Shown piece after piece: positions 47,451-58,381 of a stretch of DNA of 64,000 nucleotides; within the stretch, counting starts at the first letter, position 1, and every line of letters starts with the position of its first letter. The notes under the pieces were generated by a model that saw only the letters and a list, made by a program, of their open reading frames with translations, was not told where the DNA came from and did not search any database. The DNA lies in NCBI GenBank assembly GCA_022651245.1, contig JALCQM010000009.1:5472-69471 (forward strand). The letters are read 5' to 3'. The translations under genes were made by a program, and so were the position numbers. The DNA comes from Lactobacillus sp. (GTDB lineage Bacteria; Bacillota; Bacilli; Lactobacillales; Lactobacillaceae).

Positions 47451-50039
47451 ATGGCGCATTATGATGGGCCGCCGTTCCTGCGTTCCACGCAGTCTGAAAC
47501 GCAACCAGAGGCGTACCCGCTGCCTCCAAAAACGCCGCGTCATGCGAGCACCTCTAAACCGGCGCCTAAACGCGAAGAGCAATCCGGCGAGCACCAAGCG
47601 GTCGGCAGACATTCTGTCGACCCTTTGGCTGCGTTAGCCACCCCTAAAAGCGTGGTGCAGCGACCAGCAAAGCGGCCGCGGATCGATTATCGGCTTCTGC
47701 TGGCAGACATGGTCCGACCAGATGACGCCGTGTATTTGCTGATGCCCGATGACAGCGATCCTGTCGAACCGACAAATGCGGTTTCGCCAGTTAAACAGGT
47801 AACGCCACCGACGGCGCAGCCGCGACCGGAAGCTGCTGACCAGTCTGAAGCGTCGCCGCACGACGCTGAAATGGAAATAGTCCAGGCAAAGCCGTCGGCG
47901 CCTGAAGCCGTCGGTGAGCCAACCCATGCGACAGTCGAAACTAAGGTGACGACCAGCCGAGCCGAGCCACGATCAGCAAATGCGGGTGAGTCTAACCCCA
48001 CGGCGTTCAAGGCTGAAGCAGCGGTTGCGCAGCCACGACCGACAACCGTCGGTGTACCTGTTCCTACGGTACCCGAAGCAAAAGAGCAGGTGACGCAGCC
48101 GCGAGCACAAGGCACTGGTGCTGTCGAAGCGATACCGCAAGAGGCTGACATTGTTGCCGACCGTCACGAGGAAGCGCCCACTGGTGCCGCGACAGAGCCT
48201 AGTGCCCGGCAGCTAGAAGATGAGCAGCAGGCTAGCACTAGCGAGCCGACCAACGACGCGCCAGCAGTAAGTCAGGCGGTTGCCAAGCATTCGGGCGGAT
48301 CGACGGTTGTTAAATTACCGCCAACGCTAGACCCGCAAAAGCGGGCGCAACAAGCACAAGTCGAGGCGGCTTTAGCTAAGCAAAAGAAAACTGTTTATGC
48401 CAACTGGCGGCCACTGCAGCTTCCCAACCGGGGACAGCTAAAACAAGCCGTAACCAGCTATCGGCATCAGCCAAAGACTGAAAAGCCTGAAGAAAAACCA
48501 TTGCCTAAACCGGTGGCACAACGACAAGCGGATGCTGAAACTGGATCCACAGCATCAATCACACCAGCTAACACGGCGACTAAGCCGGCACTGACACCAG
48601 TCGCACCGACGCCAGAAGCCGAAACGCTTGCCCCGTATCAGCTCCCGCCGTTGTCGTTGTTACCCGCACCCGTTATCGAAGAGGAAGCCGCTCAAGACGA
48701 ATGGGTGGCCGCTCAAGCAGAGCGCTTAGACCAGACGCTAACAGCATTTCATGTTGGTGCCCACGTGGTGGCACATACAATCGGGCCAACGGTCACACAA
48801 TTTCAGGTGTCGTTGGATGCGGGCGTCAAGGTCAATAAAATTACGAACCTTAACGATGATCTGAAGTTAGCTTTGGCGGCTAAAGATATTCGTATCGAAG
48901 CCCCGATCCCTGGCAAAACGACGGTGGGCATCGAGATCCCTAATCTCAAGGCTCGCCCGGTGATGTTACGGGAAGTCTTGCAGTCCAAGGCCTTTCAAGA
49001 GGCTTCATCGCCGTTGACCATCGCGTTGGGTGTCGATTTATTCGGTCAGCCAGTCGTGACCAATCTCAGCAAAATGCCGCATGGTTTGATCGCCGGGGCC
49101 ACGGGGTCAGGAAAGTCGGTCTTTATCAATTCCTTGCTTACCTCGTTGTTATATAAGGCGACCCCTGAACAAGTGCGCCTGTTGCTGATCGATCCTAAGG
49201 CAGTCGAATTGGCGGCGTATAACCGCCTGCCGCACTTAGTATCACCGGTGATTTCTGAACCTAAAGCCGCAGCGGCCGCCTTGAAGTGGGCGGTCGATGA
49301 AATGGAAGAACGTTACCAGAAAATGGCTGCGGCTGGCGTTCGTAATCTGGCCCAATTCAACGCCAAGGCGAAGCAGCATGGCGATTACGAGATGGTGTTG
49401 CCATATGTAGTGATCATCATCGACGAGTTGGCCGATTTGATGATGGTCGCAGCCAACGAAGTCCAAGACTACATCGCCCGGATCACGCAAAAGGCCCGCG
49501 CCGCCGGAATCCATTTGATCGTGGCGACGCAGCGGCCGTCTGTGGATGTGATCACCGGCACGATCAAGAACAACATCCCTACGCGGATCGCGTTCATGGT
49601 CGCCAGCCAAACCGATTCGCGCACGATCATCGACGCTAACGGGGCTGAGCGCCTATTGGGTCGCGGCGATATGTTGTACCTTGGCAGTGGCGCTAGCCAA
49701 CCGATCCGGCTGCAAGGCACCTTTATCGATGAGGATGTGGCTACGGTGGTTGATTTTGTCAAGCAAGAACGGCCACCGCGCTATTTGTTCCAACCAGACG
49801 GCTTGTTAGCCCAGGCGGAAGATGAAGAGGCCCAAGACGACCTTTTCCCGCAAGTGTTAGAATACATCGCGGCGGAAAAGCACGTCTCGACGTCGAAGTT
49901 GCAGCGCGTTTTTTCCATCGGGTATAACCGTGCGGCTAACTTGATCGATGAGTTAGAGATGCGGCATTACATCTCGCCTGCGAATGGTTCCAAGCCGCGA
50001 GACGTTTACTTCACCAAAGAAGATTTACCAGAGAATTAA
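47451..50039 (+). CDS. FtsK/SpoIIIE-family DNA translocase, soluble SftA-like
   Basis: 862 aa. The C-terminal motor has Walker A GATGSGKS and Walker B IIIDELADL, plus a gamma winged helix (STSKLQRVFSIGYNRAANLIDELE). The N-terminal ~395 aa are Pro/Ala/Glu/Gln/Thr-rich with no TM segment. Confidence 0.9.
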   Translation: MAHYDGPPFLRSTQSETQPEAYPLPPKTPRHASTSKPAPKREEQSGEHQAVGRHSVDPLAALATPKSVVQRPAKRPRIDYRLLLADMVRPDDAVYLLMPDDSDPVEPTNAVSPVKQVTPPTAQPRPEAADQSEASPHDAEMEIVQAKPSAPEAVGEPTHATVETKVTTSRAEPRSANAGESNPTAFKAEAAVAQPRPTTVGVPVPTVPEAKEQVTQPRAQGTGAVEAIPQEADIVADRHEEAPTGAATEPSARQLEDEQQASTSEPTNDAPAVSQAVAKHSGGSTVVKLPPTLDPQKRAQQAQVEAALAKQKKTVYANWRPLQLPNRGQLKQAVTSYRHQPKTEKPEEKPLPKPVAQRQADAETGSTASITPANTATKPALTPVAPTPEAETLAPYQLPPLSLLPAPVIEEEAAQDEWVAAQAERLDQTLTAFHVGAHVVAHTIGPTVTQFQVSLDAGVKVNKITNLNDDLKLALAAKDIRIEAPIPGKTTVGIEIPNLKARPVMLREVLQSKAFQEASSPLTIALGVDLFGQPVVTNLSKMPHGLIAGATGSGKSVFINSLLTSLLYKATPEQVRLLLIDPKAVELAAYNRLPHLVSPVISEPKAAAAALKWAVDEMEERYQKMAAAGVRNLAQFNAKAKQHGDYEMVLPYVVIIIDELADLMMVAANEVQDYIARITQKARAAGIHLIVATQRPSVDVITGTIKNNIPTRIAFMVASQTDSRTIIDANGAERLLGRGDMLYLGSGASQPIRLQGTFIDEDVATVVDFVKQERPPRYLFQPDGLLAQAEDEEAQDDLFPQVLEYIAAEKHVSTSKLQRVFSIGYNRAANLIDELEMRHYISPANGSKPRDVYFTKEDLPEN

Positions 50040-50078
50040 TGCAGGCACAGGCGTTGCTTGCTTGAAAAGGGGAACAGC

Positions 50079-51404
50079 ATGACAGAAACATATTACTTTA
50101 TCGGGATTAAAGGCTCAGGGATGAGTGCCTTGGCATTGATCTTGCACGATATGGGGAAGCATGTTCTGGGGAGCGATATCACCCAGTACACCTTCACCCA
50201 GCGGGGCTTGGCAGCGGCTGACATCGAGATGTTGCCATTTGCCGCAGACAACCTTAAGCCAGGCTACACCGTGATTTGTGGGAATAGCTTTACAGATGAA
50301 CATCCAGAAGTCGTGCAGGCCCATGCACTGGGACTGAAATTTTATCGATACCATGAGTTCTTAGGGGAACTGATGAAGCCGTATATCAGTATCGGTGTCG
50401 CTGGTGCCCACGGGAAGACCAGCACGACCGGGTTGTTGGCGCACACGCTAAATGGTATCGACAAGACCAGCTACTTGATTGGGGATGGCACCGGTAAAGG
50501 GACACCAGATTCGAAGTTCTTCGTCTTTGAAGCAGATGAATATCGACGGCACTTCCTGGCCTACCACCCGGATTACGTCATCATGACCAATATCGATTTT
50601 GATCACCCAGATTATTACACGGGGATCGAAGACGTGTATTCGGCCTTCCAAACCGAAGCCTCACAAGTGCAAAAGGGGATCTTCGCCTGGGGAGATGACC
50701 CGTGGCTGCGGAAGTTAGACGCACAGGTCCCGATTTATTATTACGGGACGAAGGATACGGATGATTTCGTGGCAAAGAACATTTCGCGCACCACGACAGG
50801 TTCGAGCTTTGATGCCTTCCACCATGGCAACTTGATTGGCCACTTCCATGTGCCGTTATTCGGGGAACATAGTGTTTTGAACGCGTTGGCCGTCGTCGCG
50901 GTGGCGTACACTGAACACTTGAGCGCCGAATTGATTGCCCGTGAGTTGGCCAGCTTTGCAGGGGTCAAGCGCCGCTTCTCCGAAAAAAAGATGGGCGATA
51001 CCGTGATCATCGATGATTATGCGCACCATCCGAGTGAAATCAAGGCGACCTTAGATGCGGCCCGGCAAAAGTATCCGGACCAGCAAGTCGTTGCGGTGTT
51101 CCAACCACACACCTTCTCTCGGACCATTGCGTATCTCGATGATTTTGCCACGACCTTAAGTGCCGCTGACGCGGTGTATGTGACCCCAATTTTTAGCTCC
51201 GCGCGGGAAACCAGTGGCTCTGTGTCGGCTGAAGATTTAGTCGCTAAAATTGACAAACCGTCAGCGGTGGTCACGCTTGACGATATGTCGCCGTTACTGG
51301 ATTATCAGCACCATGTCCTGGTCTTTATGGGGGCGGGTGATATTCAAAAATATGAAGTCGCCTTCGAAAATTTGTTGAGTGATATCAGTCTTAAGTCCAA
51401 CTGA
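50079..51404 (+). CDS. murC: UDP-N-acetylmuramate-L-alanine ligase
   Basis: [15 protein letters not shown]; [12 protein letters not shown]. The ORF-track start at 50058 is 7 codons upstream. Confidence 0.95.
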   Translation: MTETYYFIGIKGSGMSALALILHDMGKHVLGSDITQYTFTQRGLAAADIEMLPFAADNLKPGYTVICGNSFTDEHPEVVQAHALGLKFYRYHEFLGELMKPYISIGVAGAHGKTSTTGLLAHTLNGIDKTSYLIGDGTGKGTPDSKFFVFEADEYRRHFLAYHPDYVIMTNIDFDHPDYYTGIEDVYSAFQTEASQVQKGIFAWGDDPWLRKLDAQVPIYYYGTKDTDDFVAKNISRTTTGSSFDAFHHGNLIGHFHVPLFGEHSVLNALAVVAVAYTEHLSAELIARELASFAGVKRRFSEKKMGDTVIIDDYAHHPSEIKATLDAARQKYPDQQVVAVFQPHTFSRTIAYLDDFATTLSAADAVYVTPIFSSARETSGSVSAEDLVAKIDKPSAVVTLDDMSPLLDYQHHVLVFMGAGDIQKYEVAFENLLSDISLKSN

Positions 51405-51428
51405 CAAGAATAAAAAAACTGGTATAAT
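51401..51428 (+). promoter_or_regulatory. Putative promoter of the BI-1 family gene
   Basis: CTGACA, 16-nt spacer, TGG-TATAAT (extended -10). Overlaps the 3' end of murC. Confidence 0.5.
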
Positions 51429-51462
51429 GGTATTAAATGCAATAACGAAAGGAGACGATTCG

Positions 51463-52170
51463 ATGCAAGAACGTCGTGTTGTCAATGATGCAGGCTTGTC
51501 TACCTTCTTTGCGAAGGTGTACGGCACCATGGGCGGCGGGTTATTAATTACCGCGGTCATTAGCTTCCTCTTAGGAAACGTGTTCCGAGTGCAATATGGA
51601 AACTTTATCGTCCAAAACCGGATCCTTTTCATCATCGCCACCTTCTTACCGTTGATCTTAAGCTTCATGATTAGTGGTCGACGGGGCCAGCAAAGTGCCG
51701 GGTATGCCCGCGCCATGTTTGGCCTGATGGCAGCGTCATACGGTTTCACGTTGGCGTCGGTCTGGTTGATCTATCCCGCAGCTAATATCGGCATTGCGTT
51801 AGTGGTCACCGCCATCGTGTTCTTCACGATGTCTGTCGTTGGTCGCGTCACGCGCCAGAACCTGTCGCCGATCGCTAACATCACCATCGGGGTGATCGTA
51901 GGGGTCATCATCTTGAGCCTGATCAACATGTTTTTAGGCTCTAGCATGATCTCGTTGCTCATCTCATACGTGATCTTGATCGCGTTCATTATCATGACGG
52001 CTGCGGATACGCAAGCGTTGAAGCGGGTTTATATGACCGCGAGTCGCAATGGTGACTTTGCCGTCAACACATCAAGCCTCGCCGTTCAAGGTGCCTTGAT
52101 GTTGTACCTGGATTTCTTGAACCTGTTCCTGGTGATCTTACAGATCTTCGGTTTCTCAAACGATAACTAA
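51463..52170 (+). CDS. Bax inhibitor-1 / YccA-family membrane protein
   Basis: 235 aa, 7-TM pattern; STFFAKVYGTMGGGLLITA...; AAAGGAG RBS. The ORF-track start at 51379 lies inside murC. Confidence 0.88.
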   Translation: MQERRVVNDAGLSTFFAKVYGTMGGGLLITAVISFLLGNVFRVQYGNFIVQNRILFIIATFLPLILSFMISGRRGQQSAGYARAMFGLMAASYGFTLASVWLIYPAANIGIALVVTAIVFFTMSVVGRVTRQNLSPIANITIGVIVGVIILSLINMFLGSSMISLLISYVILIAFIIMTAADTQALKRVYMTASRNGDFAVNTSSLAVQGALMLYLDFLNLFLVILQIFGFSNDN

Positions 52171-52180
52171 AGTCATACGG

Positions 52181-52208
52181 GCGTACAGCGAGGGCTGTGC
52201 GCTTTTTG
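52181..52208 (+). terminator. Terminator after the BI-1 gene
   Basis: GCGTACAG / CTGTGCGC stem followed by TTTTT. Confidence 0.75.
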
Positions 52209-52300
52209 TTTGCCCATCGTCTAAAGAGAGAATGGTGGCGCAGCCGCTTTGTGTGGCCTAATCTGGTACAATAGAAGGCAGAAGATTCGAGGAGGACAAT

Positions 52301-54940
52301 ATGGCCACTGAAAAGAATTTATTGCTGATCGACGGGAGCTCCATCGCATTTCGGGCGTTTTACGCCTTATATAACCAGCTTGATCGCTTCACTAACGCAC
52401 AAGGCGTGCACACCAATGCCGTGTTCACGTTCAACAATATGTTGGACAACTTGGTCGATACGATGCAGCCAGATAATATTTTGGTGGCTTTTGATCGCAG
52501 TGGGGGGACTTTTCGCACCAAAAAGTTCGCCGATTACAAAGGTAACCGCCAGCGGGCGCCAGAGGAATTGGTCGAACAACTCCCGTATATCAAGCGCTTG
52601 TTGGATGACCATGGGATGGCGCATTATGATATGCAAGATTGGGAAGCCGATGATATTATCGGCACCTTGGCCAAACAAGCGGAAGCCGCAGGTTGGACCG
52701 TTACAATTGTGACAGGTGACCGCGATTTGACGCAGTTGGCGACTGAGCACGTTACCGTACAGGTCACGAAAAAAGGCGTCGGGGAACTGGAAGCCTATAC
52801 CCCGGCGTATATCCAAGAGAAGTTTGGCATCAGTCCTAAGCAGATCATCGATATGAAAGGATTGATGGGTGATACCTCGGATAACTATCCTGGCGTCACC
52901 AAAGTGGGGGAGAAAACGGCGCTAAAGCTCGTGACACAGTTTGGTTCCGTCGAAAACCTGTACGAGAACCTGGATGACCTCAAAAAAAGTAAAATGAAAG
53001 AGAACCTGATCAATGATCGCGACAATGCGTTTTTGAGTAAGGACTTAGCCACGATCCGCCAAGATGCCCCGCTTGAAATCGGGTTGCCAGATACGGCATA
53101 TAACGGTCCTGACTTGGATAAACTTCGGGAGTTGTATACCGAATTAGAGATGCGCCAGGCGTTGAATAAGCTGAATAAGGATATGCCCCAGGCCCAGCCT
53201 GCAGCCCATTATGTGGTGTTGGATGATACGAACTTGGCGCAAGTCACGGCGATCACAGCACCGATCAGCTTTGAGTTGGAAATGTTGACTGATAATTATC
53301 ACACGGCTGAACCGGTCGGCTTTTTTATCGGCACCGCAGATGAAACCTATGTCAGTGCAGATGTGACGTTGTTGACGGTCCCAGCGGTGCAACAATGGTT
53401 AGCCAATCAGACAGACATTGCCGTGTTCGATGCGAAGCGCAATATTGTTGCTGCCGCAAAACTGGGATTGGTGCTCGACAACATCGATTTTGACGTCTTG
53501 TTGGCGTCGTATTTGTTGAACCCGGACCAGAATTCGAATGACTTTGGCCAAATTGCCCAAGATCATGACTATCAATTGGCCTTTGATGCCGATGTTTATG
53601 GTAAAGGGGCAAAGCTCGCCTTACCCGAAGAACCGGTATTATTCAGCCATTTCGCTCGCAAGTCTGCAGCGATTTTGAACCTCAAGCCACACCTGTTGAA
53701 GGACCTTGACGCGCAAGATCAAACCAGCCTGTTTACCGATATGGAATTGCCGTTGGCGAAAGTCTTGGCCCGCATGGAAATCGCCGGGATCACTTTACAT
53801 CAAGACACCTTGAAGGCAATGGGTGATCAGTACACCCAAACGATCAAGGTCTTGGAAGAGAAGATCTATGCGGAAGCCGGGCTGACCTTCAACCTGAACT
53901 CACCGAAGCAATTAGGCGAAGTCCTATTTGAGAAGCTCAACCTACCCGTGATCAAAAAAACTAAAACTGGCTATTCAACTAGCGTCGACGTGCTGGAACA
54001 ATTGCGGACGGCCAGCCCGGTGGTTCAAGATATTTTGGATTATCGAGCGGTGTCCAAGTTGCAATCGACCTATGTCAAAGGCCTTTTGAAGGCAGTTTTG
54101 CCTGACCATAAGATCCATACCCGCTACTTACAGACTCTGACTCAAACTGGGCGGCTTTCAAGTGTTGATCCGAACATGCAAAATATTCCGGCGCGCGGTG
54201 ATGGCAAATTGATCCGCAAGGCGTTTGTCCCATCAAAACCAGGGTGGCAGATCTTCTCATCGGATTATTCGCAGATTGAACTGCGCGTTTTGGCGCACAT
54301 CTCCGGTGATGCCAACATGCAAGAAGCCTTCAAGGAAGACCGGGACATCCATGCGAACACGGCCATGAAGATCTTCAACTTGTCGTCTTCTGCAGACGTG
54401 ACACCAGATATGCGTCGTCAAGCTAAAGCGACTAACTTTGGGATTGTTTATGGGATCTCCGATTTTGGCTTGGCCAAAAATATCGGGATCACGCGGCGCC
54501 AGGCGAAGGCCTTCATCGACGGTTACTTCGATCAGTACCCGCAGGTGCACGATTACATGGATAAAATGGTGGCGTTGGCCCGTGAACAAGGGTACGTAGA
54601 GACGTTATTCCACCGCCGGCGTTATTTGGAGCAGATCCATTCGCGTAACTTCAACTTGCGGCAGTTTGCGGAGCGCACCGCGATGAACACCCCGATTCAA
54701 GGGAGTGCCGCCGACATCATCAAGGTGGCGATGATTCGCATGCAACAGATGCTCGCGGAAAACCACTTGCAAAGCCGGATGTTGTTGCAGGTGCACGATG
54801 AACTCATTTTTGAAGGGCCAGAAGAAGAAATGGCGACGCTGTCCAAGTTGGTGCCAAAAGTGATGGATTCAGCGGTCACTTTAGACGTGCCGTTGAAGGT
54901 GGAAAGCTCGTATGGCCCGACTTGGTATGACGCGAAATAG
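52301..54940 (+). CDS. polA: DNA polymerase I
   Basis: 879 aa. 5' nuclease (LLLIDGSSIAFRAFYA) and polymerase motifs DYSQIELRVLAH, KATNFGIVYG and QVHDELIFE. Confidence 0.97.
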   Translation: MATEKNLLLIDGSSIAFRAFYALYNQLDRFTNAQGVHTNAVFTFNNMLDNLVDTMQPDNILVAFDRSGGTFRTKKFADYKGNRQRAPEELVEQLPYIKRLLDDHGMAHYDMQDWEADDIIGTLAKQAEAAGWTVTIVTGDRDLTQLATEHVTVQVTKKGVGELEAYTPAYIQEKFGISPKQIIDMKGLMGDTSDNYPGVTKVGEKTALKLVTQFGSVENLYENLDDLKKSKMKENLINDRDNAFLSKDLATIRQDAPLEIGLPDTAYNGPDLDKLRELYTELEMRQALNKLNKDMPQAQPAAHYVVLDDTNLAQVTAITAPISFELEMLTDNYHTAEPVGFFIGTADETYVSADVTLLTVPAVQQWLANQTDIAVFDAKRNIVAAAKLGLVLDNIDFDVLLASYLLNPDQNSNDFGQIAQDHDYQLAFDADVYGKGAKLALPEEPVLFSHFARKSAAILNLKPHLLKDLDAQDQTSLFTDMELPLAKVLARMEIAGITLHQDTLKAMGDQYTQTIKVLEEKIYAEAGLTFNLNSPKQLGEVLFEKLNLPVIKKTKTGYSTSVDVLEQLRTASPVVQDILDYRAVSKLQSTYVKGLLKAVLPDHKIHTRYLQTLTQTGRLSSVDPNMQNIPARGDGKLIRKAFVPSKPGWQIFSSDYSQIELRVLAHISGDANMQEAFKEDRDIHANTAMKIFNLSSSADVTPDMRRQAKATNFGIVYGISDFGLAKNIGITRRQAKAFIDGYFDQYPQVHDYMDKMVALAREQGYVETLFHRRRYLEQIHSRNFNLRQFAERTAMNTPIQGSAADIIKVAMIRMQQMLAENHLQSRMLLQVHDELIFEGPEEEMATLSKLVPKVMDSAVTLDVPLKVESSYGPTWYDAK

Positions 54941-54951
54941 AAGGGAACAGT

Positions 54952-55800
54952 ATGCCTGAATTACCAGAAGTTGAAAACGTGCGTCTTAGTTTGAGTCCCT
55001 TAGTGGTGGGCAAGACGGTTACCGGGATCGGGACGAATTGGGAGAAGATCTTAGTCGGTGGGTTAGACCTCTTCAAGCAAGCCTTAATGGGCGCAACCAT
55101 CACAGGGATCGATCGGCGCGGGAAGTACCTGTTGTTGCGCTTTGATAATGACTTAACGGTGGTGTCGCATCTGCGCATGGAAGGCAAATACCAGCTCGTG
55201 CCGACTACGAGTGAGCCCAAGCACCGGTTTGTGCACGTATGGTTCGACTTTACTGATGGCAGCGAGTTACGCTACCACGATATGCGTAAATTTGGCCGCA
55301 TGCAGTTGTGCGAAACGGGCACTGAGGCGGCACACGTTCCGGGAATCGCAAAAATGGGGCCGGAACCGACCGCGACGACGTTTGCTGCAGCTGCCTTTTA
55401 TCAATCGCTCAAGCGACACAAGAAGCCGATCAAATCGGTGATTTTAGATCAGAGTATCGTGGCGGGTGTCGGTAATATTTATGCGGATGAAACGTTGTGG
55501 CGCGCTAAGCTCAACCCGGAACAGCCCGCAGCAACCTTGACGCGCGCAGAAGCGACACGCTTGCATGACCAAATCATCGCGGTGTTAGCCGAGTCGATCA
55601 CGGCAGGGGGCACCTCCGTTCATACCTTCGTTGATGCGACAGGTAAGCGCGGTGGCTTTCAAGAACGCCTGAACGTCTATGGGCGCGAGGGACTACCGTG
55701 TCCGGTGTGCCAAACACCGATCGTGAAAATCAAAGTTGGCCAGCGAGGCACGCATTATTGCCCCCATTGTCAGCCGTTAAGGAAGCGAAAGTTAGCATGA
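54952..55800 (+). CDS. mutM: Formamidopyrimidine-DNA glycosylase
   Basis: MPELPEVE N-terminus and a C-terminal zinc finger CPVCQTPI...THYCPHCQ. Confidence 0.95.
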   Translation: MPELPEVENVRLSLSPLVVGKTVTGIGTNWEKILVGGLDLFKQALMGATITGIDRRGKYLLLRFDNDLTVVSHLRMEGKYQLVPTTSEPKHRFVHVWFDFTDGSELRYHDMRKFGRMQLCETGTEAAHVPGIAKMGPEPTATTFAAAAFYQSLKRHKKPIKSVILDQSIVAGVGNIYADETLWRAKLNPEQPAATLTRAEATRLHDQIIAVLAESITAGGTSVHTFVDATGKRGGFQERLNVYGREGLPCPVCQTPIVKIKVGQRGTHYCPHCQPLRKRKLA

Positions 55801-56393
55801 CGTACTTATTGGGATTAACAGGTGGCATCGCAACGGGCAAAAGTACGGTGGCAGCGGCATTCAAGAACGCGGGTTACCCCGTCGTCTCTGCCGACGTGAT
55901 CGCTCGAGAGATCGTTGCTCCTGGCCAGCCAGCGTTGGCTAAGATCGTTGCGCGGTTTGGCGAAGGGGTGCTGTTGGCAGACGGTCACCTCAACCGGCAA
56001 GCCTTGGGCAAGATCGTGTTTGCTGATGCCCAAGCCTTGGCCGACTTGAATGCGATCGACCGGCCGTATTTACGGCAGGCCATTCTGGCGGCGTTAGCTG
56101 AAGCCAAAGCCAGTGGCAAAGCGATCGTTGTCGGGGAGATCCCGCTGCTGTTTGAAAGCCATTTTGAAGCCGTTTTTGACGGGGTCGCGGTGGTCACCTT
56201 GCCACCGCATTTGCAGTTAGCACGGTTGATGGCGCGGGATGGCTTGGACGCCGCGGCGGCCCGCCAGCGAATCAATGCGCAGATGCCTTTGGCTGAGAAA
56301 ATTGCTAAAGCGGATTTTTTGCTCGATAACAGTCAAGGGCCGACGGTTCGCCAGCAGCAAGTGGACGCCTTAATCGCACATTTAACGCGGTGA
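55797..56393 (+). CDS. coaE: Dephospho-CoA kinase
   Basis: MTYLLGLTGGIATGKST P-loop. ATGA overlap with mutM. The ORF-track start at 55698 lies inside mutM. Confidence 0.92.
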   Translation: MTYLLGLTGGIATGKSTVAAAFKNAGYPVVSADVIAREIVAPGQPALAKIVARFGEGVLLADGHLNRQALGKIVFADAQALADLNAIDRPYLRQAILAALAEAKASGKAIVVGEIPLLFESHFEAVFDGVAVVTLPPHLQLARLMARDGLDAAAARQRINAQMPLAEKIAKADFLLDNSQGPTVRQQQVDALIAHLTR

Positions 56394-56448
56394 AAACGGG
56401 TCTATGAGTATGCTATAATGGCTAAAACAACTAGAAGAAGGTGTTGGT

Positions 56449-56922
56449 TTGCAGTGCCCACATTGTCATCACAATAGTTCCCGCGTTGTCGACTCCCGGC
56501 CGACTGACGGCGGCAAAGCGATCCGGCGGCGCCGTGAATGTGAAAACTGCGGGTTTCGCTTTACGACATTCGAGCGGGTCGAACAGACACCGTTGCTTGT
56601 GATCAAGAAGAACGGGACCCGTGAAGAATTTAATCGTGAGAAGATCCTGAAAGGGCTGATTCGTGCCGCAGAAAAGCGCCCGGTCACTATGGAACAGATG
56701 CAAGGAATCGTCGAGCAAGTTGAAAATAAACTGCGGGCGATCGGCGAAAATGAGGTCTCTAGCCAAGCAATTGGGGAATATGTCATGACCTTGTTGGCGG
56801 ATGTCGACGACGTGGCCTACATTCGCTTTGCCAGCGTTTATCGCCAATTCAAGGATATGTCTGTCTTCATGCAAGAACTTCAAGACATGATGAAGAAAGG
56901 CAAGCAGCCTCCGGAAGATTAG
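56449..56922 (+). CDS. nrdR: Transcriptional repressor NrdR
   Basis: Zinc ribbon CPHC...CENC followed by an ATP-cone. TTG start after GAAGGTG. Confidence 0.93.
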   Translation: MQCPHCHHNSSRVVDSRPTDGGKAIRRRRECENCGFRFTTFERVEQTPLLVIKKNGTREEFNREKILKGLIRAAEKRPVTMEQMQGIVEQVENKLRAIGENEVSSQAIGEYVMTLLADVDDVAYIRFASVYRQFKDMSVFMQELQDMMKKGKQPPED

Positions 56923-56970
56923 CGTTATTTGAAACCAGCAGCAGTGATTGCCGGAAATTGTGAATACCTG

Positions 56971-57002
56971 GAGGATAAGAGGAATTTGGCTTATCCTCTT
57001 TT
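56971..57002 (+). terminator. Hairpin / partial terminator between nrdR and dnaB
   Basis: GAGGATAAG / CTTATCCTC stem, 10-nt loop, TTTT. It sits 20 nt before the dnaB RBS. Confidence 0.5.
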
Positions 57003-57022
57003 AGCTTGAAAGGAGGGGTGAC

Positions 57023-58381
57023 ATGGATCGCCCACAGAGTTTTATGGCGCAAGATGACTACATTGTCACCCAAGCCACCTACTTGACGGATCACGACCAG
57101 CAAGTGGCCGTGGCCCTTTATCAGCCGTTGGTGGGCCCGGTGGCGTTAGCGTTGTACCTTAGTTTGTGGCAGGAGGCGTCAGCGCGTCCAGTTTTAACCG
57201 ATCGGCGGCCACAAACGCGCTTGTTGGACCTGTTGAACATCGACGTCGACACTTTGTTTCAGGCGCGGATCCGGCTAGAAGCAGTCGGGCTGTTGAAGAC
57301 GTACACGGCAACGGATGCCATGAGCCGTTACTATGCGTATGAACTATATGCGCCGGTGACGCCGCCTGCTTTTTTTGCGGATGACTTGCTGGGCATGTTG
57401 TTGTACGACCGTGTTGGCCAAAGCCGTTATGCGGAGTTGGCGCAGCAGTTTACGTTACATCCAGTGCGGCGTGATGATTGGCAAGACGTCTCGCAAGGCT
57501 TCTTGGACGTGTTCGCGTTGACTAATGTGCTGGATCAGCCGGCTGAGGTGCAACAAGCGGAGCAACAGTTACAGCAAAAAGCCCAGCCGCCGGTGACGCT
57601 GGGTACAGGTGAAGGCTATGATTGGGTGTTGTTGACGCAGTTGCTGCAACGCACGAACCTCAAGGCAGGGGCGGTCGATGATCACCGCGAGGCCTTGTAC
57701 CAAATTGCGCGGTTTTACGGGCTTAATCCGCCACAGTTGGCGCAGCTGATCACTCGAGCGACCGATGTGATGACTGGAGAGTTGCAGTTGAAGCAGTTGC
57801 GGCAGTTTGCGGAACAGACTTATTCGCAGTCACAGAAACCAGCCTTTACCGCGGAAGCACCCGCGACGACGCCGGCCGCGCCGCAGACGACGCTGGCGGT
57901 AACACCGGCGGAAAGTGCGCTTTTGACCAAAGCAAGCGAGCTGGCGCCGCGCGAGTTCTTAGAAGCGACCAAGAAGGCTAAAAATGCGCGGGCGTTTGCG
58001 GCGCCAAACGAAGTGTATGCGGTGCGTGATCTGGTGCAGCGGCGCACGTTCCCAGACGTCACCGTCAACATTTTGATCGATTATGTGTTGCAGTCCTATG
58101 ATAGTCTTAGCCAAGCCTTGCTGAATGGTTACGTTAGCCGCTGGGTCAATGCTAACGTCGCCTCGCCACAAAGCGCGTTGGAGCAGATTCGCAAAGAGGC
58201 CCAATCGAAGGCTAAACCGCGGGCGCGCAATGGGCGAGCGAGCCGTCAAGAAGAGACGCCAGAATGGATGCAACCAGGGTACACCGCGAAGACGCAACCG
58301 GTCAGCGCGGAACGCAAAGATAAAATTGCCGCGCGGCTAGCGAAGCTGAAGGCACTTGAACAAGGAGGCGACCAAGGATGA
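57023..58381 (+). CDS. dnaB: Replication initiation and membrane attachment protein DnaB (helicase-loading, DnaD-like domains)
   Basis: 452 aa. N-terminus YIVTQATYLTDHDQQVAVALYQPLVGPVALALYLSLW is typical of Firmicute DnaB. nrdR-dnaB-dnaI synteny. Confidence 0.85.
   Translation: MDRPQSFMAQDDYIVTQATYLTDHDQQVAVALYQPLVGPVALALYLSLWQEASARPVLTDRRPQTRLLDLLNIDVDTLFQARIRLEAVGLLKTYTATDAMSRYYAYELYAPVTPPAFFADDLLGMLLYDRVGQSRYAELAQQFTLHPVRRDDWQDVSQGFLDVFALTNVLDQPAEVQQAEQQLQQKAQPPVTLGTGEGYDWVLLTQLLQRTNLKAGAVDDHREALYQIARFYGLNPPQLAQLITRATDVMTGELQLKQLRQFAEQTYSQSQKPAFTAEAPATTPAAPQTTLAVTPAESALLTKASELAPREFLEATKKAKNARAFAAPNEVYAVRDLVQRRTFPDVTVNILIDYVLQSYDSLSQALLNGYVSRWVNANVASPQSALEQIRKEAQSKAKPRARNGRASRQEETPEWMQPGYTAKTQPVSAERKDKIAARLAKLKALEQGGDQG

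Noticed and set aside
47290-47637. 115-aa ORF bridging ytpR and the FtsK-like gene
   Set aside because: It reads straight through the strong ytpR terminator hairpin and overlaps both neighbours out of frame.
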